DNA of 64,000 nt from an uncultured Fibrobacterota bacterium (GTDB lineage Bacteria; Fibrobacterota; Chitinivibrionia; Chitinivibrionales; FEN-1185): assembly GCA_963729895.1 (NCBI GenBank), contig CAVSQB010000031.1, forward strand, positions 1 through 64,000, in the 5' to 3' direction. The translations under genes were made by a program, and so were the position numbers. The notes beneath the pieces were generated by a model. It was given only the letters and a program-made list of their open reading frames with translations. It was not told the origin of the DNA and did not search any database. Shown one piece after another: positions 57,052-64,000 of this stretch. The first letter of the stretch is position 1; every line of letters begins with the position of its first letter.

Positions 57052-57807
57052 TTATTTAGGTTGAACTATTCCGAAGAAATCGTCGGCCTTGAGCGCTGCG
57101 CCGCCGATAAGCCCGCCGTCCACGTCCGACAGAGCAAGCAACGCTTTTGCGTTGTCCGGTTTCATGCTGCCGCCGTACTGGATGCGCATTGCAGCGGCAG
57201 TGTCGCTGTCGTACATGCCTGCGACCTGTTTTCGTATAAACACATGCATCTCGTTTGCCTGGTCGGGCGTTGCCACTTCGCCGGTGCCTATTGCCCAGAC
57301 CGGTTCGTAGGCAATGGTGCACTTGAGGCTGTCGGCCTTGGAAATGCCGGCAAAGGCGCCTTTTGTCTGTCCTTCTACAATCGAGAACAGCTTGCCTGTT
57401 TTGCGTTCGTCAAGTGTTTCGCCCACGCATACGATGGGCAGCAGTCCCGCGGCAAGAGCGGCTTTCACCTTCTTGTTCACGGTTTCGTTAGTCTCATGGA
57501 AATACTGGCGCTGCTCTGAATGGCCGATGATCACATATTCCACACCAACGCTCTTGAGCATGGCGCAACTCACCTTACCCGTATACGCGCCCTTGGCCTC
57601 CCAGTGGACGTCCTGCGCGCCAAGCTTCACCGAAGAGTCTTTCAATGCTCTGGACACAGCCTTGAGGCTGATATAGGGCGGGCACACGGCAATGTCCACG
57701 TCCGTGACTTTTCCCATTTTCTCCACCACGGCCTTTGCGAGTATGACAGCCTCGTCAATCGTGGTGTTCATTTTCCAGTTGCCGGCAATAAACTTCTTGC
57801 GTGCCAT
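57052..57807 (-). CDS. tpiA: Triosephosphate isomerase
   Basis: IAGNWKMN, GHSE, AYEPVWAIGTG, YGGS. Confidence 0.97.
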   Translation of the reverse strand: MARKKFIAGNWKMNTTIDEAVILAKAVVEKMGKVTDVDIAVCPPYISLKAVSRALKDSSVKLGAQDVHWEAKGAYTGKVSCAMLKSVGVEYVIIGHSEQRQYFHETNETVNKKVKAALAAGLLPIVCVGETLDERKTGKLFSIVEGQTKGAFAGISKADSLKCTIAYEPVWAIGTGEVATPDQANEMHVFIRKQVAGMYDSDTAAAMRIQYGGSMKPDNAKALLALSDVDGGLIGGAALKADDFFGIVQPK

Positions 57808-57846
57808 GATTTGTTTTTCTCCTTGGGGCCTTAAAATATGTTATGT

Positions 57847-59115
57847 CTATCTGTCCATCAACGCTTTCACGCCCGGCAGCTCCTTGCCCTCAACAAGCTC
57901 AAGCGATGCTCCGCCGCCCGTGGATATGTGGGACATCTTGCTGGACAGGCCCATTTTGTTGACTGCCGAGACGGAATCGCCGCCGCCGATGACGGTTGTG
58001 GCGCCGGAGAGACCGGCGAGCGCTGTTGCCATGACCTTTGTTCCTTCGGCGAATTTCGGGAACTCAAACACGCCCATGGGGCCGTTCCAGAATACGGTCT
58101 TTGCGCCCGCAAGCGCGGCCTTGAATTTCTCAATGGTCTTGGGCCCGATGTCCATGCCCATCCAACCATCTTCAATGGCATCACCTGCAGACACCTTTGA
58201 AACGGCTTCTGCAGAGAATTCCTGGGTCACCACATGGTCAAGGGGAAGCAGAAGCTCCACTTTCTTTTCTGCAGCTTTTGCAAGAACGCCCTTCGCGGTC
58301 TCGACCATGTCGTCTTCGACAAGCGACTTGCCTATGGAAAGGCCCCTGGATTTAAGAAAGGTGTACGCCATGCCGCCGCCGATGATGATTGTGTTTACCT
58401 TGCCAAGCAGGCTTTCGAGTACGGCAATTTTGGATGACACCTTGGCCCCGCCGATCACCGCAACAAACGGCTTTGCGGGATTCTTTACGATTTTTTCCTG
58501 CAGATATTCGAGTTCCTTTTCCATGAGGAACCCCGCAACCGCGGGGAGGTAGTGCGCCACCGTCTCGGTTGACGCGTGCGGACGGTGAGCCGTGCCGAAC
58601 GCATCGTTGACATACACGTCACCGTACCGCGCGAGGGCTTTGGCCATTTTTTCGCGCTCCGCAGGGTCTTTCGAGGTTTCTTCTTTGTGAAAACGGGTGT
58701 TCTCCAACATCAAGACCCCTCTCTGCGGAAGGCTCTTCACCATGGCTTCGGTCTCCGGACCCATGCATGCGGGCGCGAGCTTCACCTCTTTGCCCAAAAG
58801 CTTTGCCAGGTGCGCGGCAACCGGCGCCATCTTGTGTTTTCCCTCTATATATTTCTTTTCGTCAAACGGCTTGCCGTCTTTCTCTGCCTTGTCTTTGGCC
58901 TTCTGCATGTCTTTTTTGGGGTCGCCCAAATGGGACATCAGCACGAGGCTTGTGCAGCCCTTCTCAAGCACGTACTTGATCGAAGGGAGCGCAGCCTTGA
59001 TTCGCGTGTCGTCCTGAATGACCCCGTCCTTGAGAGGGACGTTGAAGTCGACGCGCATGAGAACCCGTTTGCCGGTAACATCGATATCGCGAAGCGTTTT
59101 TTTTGAAATGGCCAT
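57847..59115 (-). CDS. pgk: Phosphoglycerate kinase
   Basis: RVDFNVP, LENTRF, NDAFGTAHR, WNGPMG, STGGGASLE. Confidence 0.97.
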   Translation of the reverse strand: MAISKKTLRDIDVTGKRVLMRVDFNVPLKDGVIQDDTRIKAALPSIKYVLEKGCTSLVLMSHLGDPKKDMQKAKDKAEKDGKPFDEKKYIEGKHKMAPVAAHLAKLLGKEVKLAPACMGPETEAMVKSLPQRGVLMLENTRFHKEETSKDPAEREKMAKALARYGDVYVNDAFGTAHRPHASTETVAHYLPAVAGFLMEKELEYLQEKIVKNPAKPFVAVIGGAKVSSKIAVLESLLGKVNTIIIGGGMAYTFLKSRGLSIGKSLVEDDMVETAKGVLAKAAEKKVELLLPLDHVVTQEFSAEAVSKVSAGDAIEDGWMGMDIGPKTIEKFKAALAGAKTVFWNGPMGVFEFPKFAEGTKVMATALAGLSGATTVIGGGDSVSAVNKMGLSSKMSHISTGGGASLELVEGKELPGVKALMDR

Positions 59116-59180
59116 GTATTCCTCCACAAAGCTGCTGGAATGATTCATTCCACTATGGACTTACTTGATTTTCAGGATCG

Positions 59181-59274
59181 CTCCCTCTCCTCGCAGGAAA
59201 GGGAAACGGAGGATGAGGCCGCAATTGCGCAAACCGCGACTTCATCCCCGCTCTTCTCCCACAAAGAGAAGGGG
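59181..59274. repeat. Degenerate CCCTC-type REP pair
   Basis: CTCCCTCTCC..AGGGA..GGATGAGG / CTTCATCCCC..TCTCCC..GAGAAGGG; a related element lies at 63678-63740. Confidence 0.5.
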
Positions 59275-59296
59275 TACCTGTCGTGGGGCCAACCGC

Positions 59297-60412
<1,116 letters not shown>

Positions 60413-60604
60413 TTATCTATTTTGTACTATGGAAAGCGAAGCCTTTGATTGAGGTTTCCGAATTTCAATGAAGGCTTCAAAATATACTTTGGCTCGGATG
60501 AGCAGTCAAGTTTTTAAGGGTAAGGAATCGAGTGTTTTGTGAATTTTTTCTGTATTGATTTTGTTTTTTAGGAGAGGTGTAGGCATTCTCGATAAAAGAA
60601 AAAT

Positions 60605-60980
60605 CTGGGCGCCCCGCCGAGTACGGCGTCGGCCCTCCTTGCGAGCCACCCCTTCGGGTGCTTCCAAGGGTCGTCGGCTGTCGGCCTCGGTACCGCCTGC
60701 CCTACGGCCTGCGGCCGGGGTCAGGCAGCACCGCGCTCCAGCGCGCTCTCCAGTCCGGCCTGGCGCTTGGCAGAAGGTAATATCCACAATTGTCAAGATC
60801 GATGGGCTTGAATGGTCGAAAAGTTAGGAGTTGTTCGGTTAGAATTTTGTAACCGGGTGCCGCTACGGTGCGCGCAACTGAAGGTACGGGCTTGCCAAGA
60901 GTACATCCACGCCGCACCGGCTCAACACACAAAAATATTATCTTGATCTTGATAGTGCCGCACCCGCCGGCAATCCAAAT
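60605..60980 (+). repeat. Module B (60605-60778) plus family A right part (60839-60980)
   Basis: Collinear with 12904-13370; AGAATTTTGTAACCGGGTGCCGCTACGG..GCCGCACCGGCTCA near-identical. Confidence 0.88.
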
Positions 60981-61035
60981 GCTTTGATTGTTTTTGTCAA
61001 CTGTCAACCTTAAACCGTCAACAAGGATCTTCTCC

Positions 61036-61851
61036 ATGCCGCTTCCCCTCGCCTATCCGTTCAAAACCGGTAAGACAATCAAGAAGGACCTCTTCTTCAT
61101 TGCCGGGCCCTGCGTAATCGAGTCCGAGCGCCTGTGCCTCGACATTGCGGAAAGACTGGCGGCGTTGGCTGCGCGAGAAGAAGCCGTGATCATTTTCAAG
61201 GCATCGTACGACAAGGCCAACCGCACGTCCCGGTCGTCATTCCGGGGACCGGGCATCACAAGGGGCCTGGCGATACTGCGAAAGGTCAAACTGCAGACGG
61301 GCCTTCCTATTCTCACCGACATTCATTCCCCCCAAGAGGCCCGCCAAGCCGCGGCCGTGGCGGACATCCTCCAGATTCCCGCGTTCTTGTGCAGGCAGAC
61401 GGATTTGCTTGCCGCGGCGGCCGGCACCGGCAAATTCGTTAATGTCAAGAAGGGGCAATTCATGTCGCCGCGCGACATGAAATACTCCATAGAAAAAGCC
61501 GGCGGGCGCGCGTGGGTCACGGAACGCGGCACGTTCTTCGGGTATAACAGGCTGGTCGTTGACTTTGCGGGAATCCCGGTCCTCAGGAGCCTCGGAGTGC
61601 CGGTGGTGTTCGACGCCACCCACAGCGTCCAGGCGCCCGGCGGAGGAGGTGGGCGCTCCTCGGGCGATCGCGACCTAGCCCTTCCGATGGCACGCGCTGC
61701 AGTCTGCATGGGAGTAAACGGGCTTTTCTTTGAAATTCATCCGCGGCCGGAAACGGCGCTGTGCGACAGGGACAACACGATTTCGGTGAAGGAGTTCGTG
61801 GAGAACGTGCGGCAGCTGAGAGATCTAAGCGAAAAAGTGGGACAATCCTGA
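61036..61851 (+). CDS. kdsA: KDO-8-phosphate synthase
   Basis: IAGPCVIES, KASYDKANRTS, QIPAFLCRQTD, KKGQF, FDATHSVQ. Confidence 0.95.
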   Translation: MPLPLAYPFKTGKTIKKDLFFIAGPCVIESERLCLDIAERLAALAAREEAVIIFKASYDKANRTSRSSFRGPGITRGLAILRKVKLQTGLPILTDIHSPQEARQAAAVADILQIPAFLCRQTDLLAAAAGTGKFVNVKKGQFMSPRDMKYSIEKAGGRAWVTERGTFFGYNRLVVDFAGIPVLRSLGVPVVFDATHSVQAPGGGGGRSSGDRDLALPMARAAVCMGVNGLFFEIHPRPETALCDRDNTISVKEFVENVRQLRDLSEKVGQS

Positions 61852-61870
61852 AGAAAATCGTCGAAAGCTC

Positions 61871-61921
61871 TTGTTGGAGAACCCCAGCCGAGTCGCGGGG
61901 ATTGCGCGGGCTGAAACATTC
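61871..61921 (-). repeat. Family E hairpin repeat
   Basis: Reverse complement GAATGTTTCAGCCCGCGCAATCCCCGCGACTCGGCTGGGGTTCTCCAACAA matches 3309-3360. Confidence 0.75.
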
Positions 61922-62013
61922 AACGCCTTTTCAACGTAAGCCTTAAACGCCGGAATTCGCGATTTGCAAATCGGCGGGATTCGGGCCGGTTTTCAAACCC
62001 CTCAATTTCCAGC

Positions 62014-63138
62014 TCACCAGACTACAATTCTTCCCATCCTTGCCTGCCCCAATGCCTCCAGACTTCCCACATACACGCCTTTCGCAAGATGAGTTTCCGC
62101 CGGGCCGATCGTCTGCTCGCCCGACCCCGCGCCGCGGAAACGGTACACGCAACGCCCCGTGGCGTCGCAGAGCGACACACGAAACGCGCATTGCGTACCC
62201 GGGAGTTCGCACACGATCCGGCCGTCCGCTCTGACGTAAAATGGGGCTGCAAAGGCCGACCTCACTGCGGTTTCCCTGTCTGCTCGAACCGAGGCCGTGC
62301 CGTGTGCGTCACGCAGATCGATACCGGTCGGGGTGAGTGACCCATCCGAATTGAAGACCGCGGATAATTCGAATCCTGTTTGCGAAGCATCCACGAACCA
62401 CGCGTAACGCTGCACACAAGAAAGGTCTTCGAGCATCGCAATCACTTGAGGCACAAAAGTATCCACCTGGGCTTGTGTGAGCGCGGCCGCATTGCTCCCG
62501 CACCAGCCGAGCGTCTTGCAATCCGGCGCGCCGAACTCGGTAAGCCAAATGGGTTTCTGGTATTTGGCGTAGGCGTTGGTGAGAAACGTTTTGAGATTGG
62601 ACACCGACGTGGGCGTGTTGGGCGGCGCGTAATAATGAAGACAGATGAAGTCCACCCGGTAATTGTTCGCAGCCGCCTGAGTCATGAAAGTGTCGAACCA
62701 GACGCCCGGGCTCGACGGCGCGGGACTGCCGAGAGTGAGTCCGGTTGACATCAACTGCGGCCACAAGCTTATGGCCTGCGCCACCGTCATATTCGATTGG
62801 CTGCTTAGGTCCGGCTCATTGAAGCCGAGCAAATATTTGTAGGTACCGTTGTTCTTCCCCGTTGTTAAAGCACTGATGTTCTGCGCGGTCACATAATTGG
62901 CTCCCCAGAGCATCGGCACAAATTCTGGCGTCTGCAGCCCTGCCGGTACTGTGCCTGATCGCGGATTTGCACCCCAATCATAGTACCAACTCGCATTAGC
63001 CGCCGCTATGTTAGCCGGACCGAATTTGGCCGCAGCAACACCTTTCTTGGGAGTGACAACATTCACGGCGGCTTCTTCGCCAAATGCCAGAAGCACTGCA
63101 ACAAAAATCACAAAGATTCCTGTACAAACGTTCTTCAT
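62014..63138 (-). CDS. Secreted GH128-like beta-1,3-glucanase with C-terminal sorting-like domain
   Basis: Signal peptide; SWYYDW, EFVPMLWG, LGFNEPD, KPIWLTEF, VQRYAWF; tail DATGR..LAKGVY. Confidence 0.82.
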   Translation of the reverse strand: MKNVCTGIFVIFVAVLLAFGEEAAVNVVTPKKGVAAAKFGPANIAAANASWYYDWGANPRSGTVPAGLQTPEFVPMLWGANYVTAQNISALTTGKNNGTYKYLLGFNEPDLSSQSNMTVAQAISLWPQLMSTGLTLGSPAPSSPGVWFDTFMTQAAANNYRVDFICLHYYAPPNTPTSVSNLKTFLTNAYAKYQKPIWLTEFGAPDCKTLGWCGSNAAALTQAQVDTFVPQVIAMLEDLSCVQRYAWFVDASQTGFELSAVFNSDGSLTPTGIDLRDAHGTASVRADRETAVRSAFAAPFYVRADGRIVCELPGTQCAFRVSLCDATGRCVYRFRGAGSGEQTIGPAETHLAKGVYVGSLEALGQARMGRIVVW

Positions 63139-63332
63139 TGGATTTCCCCCTGAAAAACAAGTTCGAGAAAGAAAATTCGCCGTGGGCTTTGGCAGGGCCA
63201 TGGCAACAGGGAGCCGGCATTCCCTTGTACATAAGATACGCACAAAGACAGAATATTTCAACCCATAATGCCTATTTCTTTCACCTTTCAGAAAAACCAA
63301 AATGCTGCACTTCCGCGCACCGGCTCAAAATA

Positions 63333-63367
63333 GAAAAGGGCTGCCATCCACCACGGCAGCCCTTTTC
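63333..63367. terminator. Bidirectional hairpin
   Basis: GAAAAGGGCTGCC-ATCCACCAC-GGCAGCCCTTTTC. Confidence 0.65.
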
Positions 63368-63457
63368 GCCCATTTTACGGAAAAATCATCTGACCAATAG
63401 GGATAGTCGCTGGGAAATGCAGGAGGGTTCAATATTTTTGGCGAAACAATTGTGATG

Positions 63458-63797
63458 TTGGATTGCTGAGCCGGTGCGGCGATCCAAAGTTAATGCGATT
63501 TTGGTTTGCTGAGCGTGTGCGGCCAGGTGCCGGTAGTGGCGAGACCGAAACGCCTGCTGGGCGCACACTAGAAACACCCGGTTACAAAATTCTCAACATC
63601 AATCAAAACCTTACCTCGCAACTTCAACCGTACAGCCACACTTCGCGGGTGCCTATAAAATCTTCGTTCAATATTTTCTCCCTCGCCCTCCCGGCGACCC
63701 TTGGAAGTACCCAAAGGGGTAGAGAGGGCGGGGTGAGGGTTTCCTGTGATTCTCGCCCAAACTCCCACTTTGGGGGTCACCCGGCTCAGCCATCCAA
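63458..63797 (-). repeat. Repeat family A, most complete copy (inverted) with nested REP
   Basis: Ends TTGGATTGCTGAGCCGG and CCGGCTCAGCCATCCAA (17 bp, 1 mismatch); left, middle and doubled right modules present (no module B). Confidence 0.9.
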
Positions 63798-63844
63798 CAG
63801 CTCTTGAATTTCATTTACACATTGCTGCACGCGCCCGGTAATCT

Positions 63845-64000
63845 TTAGTGTTTTCGAAATCCCTTGAACCTCTCCCGCGCCTCTTCGCTCCTTCGTTCAT
63901 CCCTTTTCGCAAGTACCATGTCCCACACCTTTTCCTCGCTCAGATCGAAAAGTTCATGGATGAGTTTGAGGTAATATGCGGCGCCGCGCGAGGAAAAGCG
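63845..64000 (-). CDS. C-terminal end of a gene, possibly ParA/Soj-like (partial)
   Basis: RFSSRGAAYYLKLIHELF..RFKGFRKH*; S-x-G-A-x-x-Y-x-x-L-x-x-E resembles the ParA C-terminus. Confidence 0.4.
   Translation of the reverse strand, partial: RFSSRGAAYYLKLIHELFDLSEEKVWDMVLAKRDERRSEEARERFKGFRKH

Overview
A GC-rich chromosomal segment from an anaerobic-looking bacterium. The T9SS-like C-terminal tail on a glycoside hydrolase and a myxobacterial-style TonB locus suggest Fibrobacterota/Chitinivibrionia, which is inference only. The backbone is housekeeping: rny end, ymdB-xseAB-ispA, mlaE-amidohydrolase-DUF58-moxR, ettA, a group 3b [NiFe]-hydrogenase with hypABF/CDE, der-gpsA, pyrDK, an ExbB-ExbD-ExbD-TonB-TBDR-lipoprotein locus, rlmN, tRNA-Leu(GAG), secG-tpiA-pgk-gap, kdsA and a GH128. 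A ~13.3 kb accessory island separates rny from ymdB. It holds a tandem double-HNH-like nuclease gene cut exactly at its inter-domain linker by an IS1182-family element, an IS3 with a nested IS5, an attC-flanked toxin-antitoxin cassette and an ars-type cluster. The main unexplained signal is a modular family of intergenic repeats at about 10 loci. It has doubled ~17-bp inverted end motifs and a separately mobile structured module showing compensatory base changes and GNRA/UUCG loops. Inverted copies of the end motif bracket the double-HNH gene, much as REPs bracket RAYT genes, making this a candidate undescribed nuclease/repeat system. No CRISPR array, rRNA, reverse transcriptase or integrase was seen.
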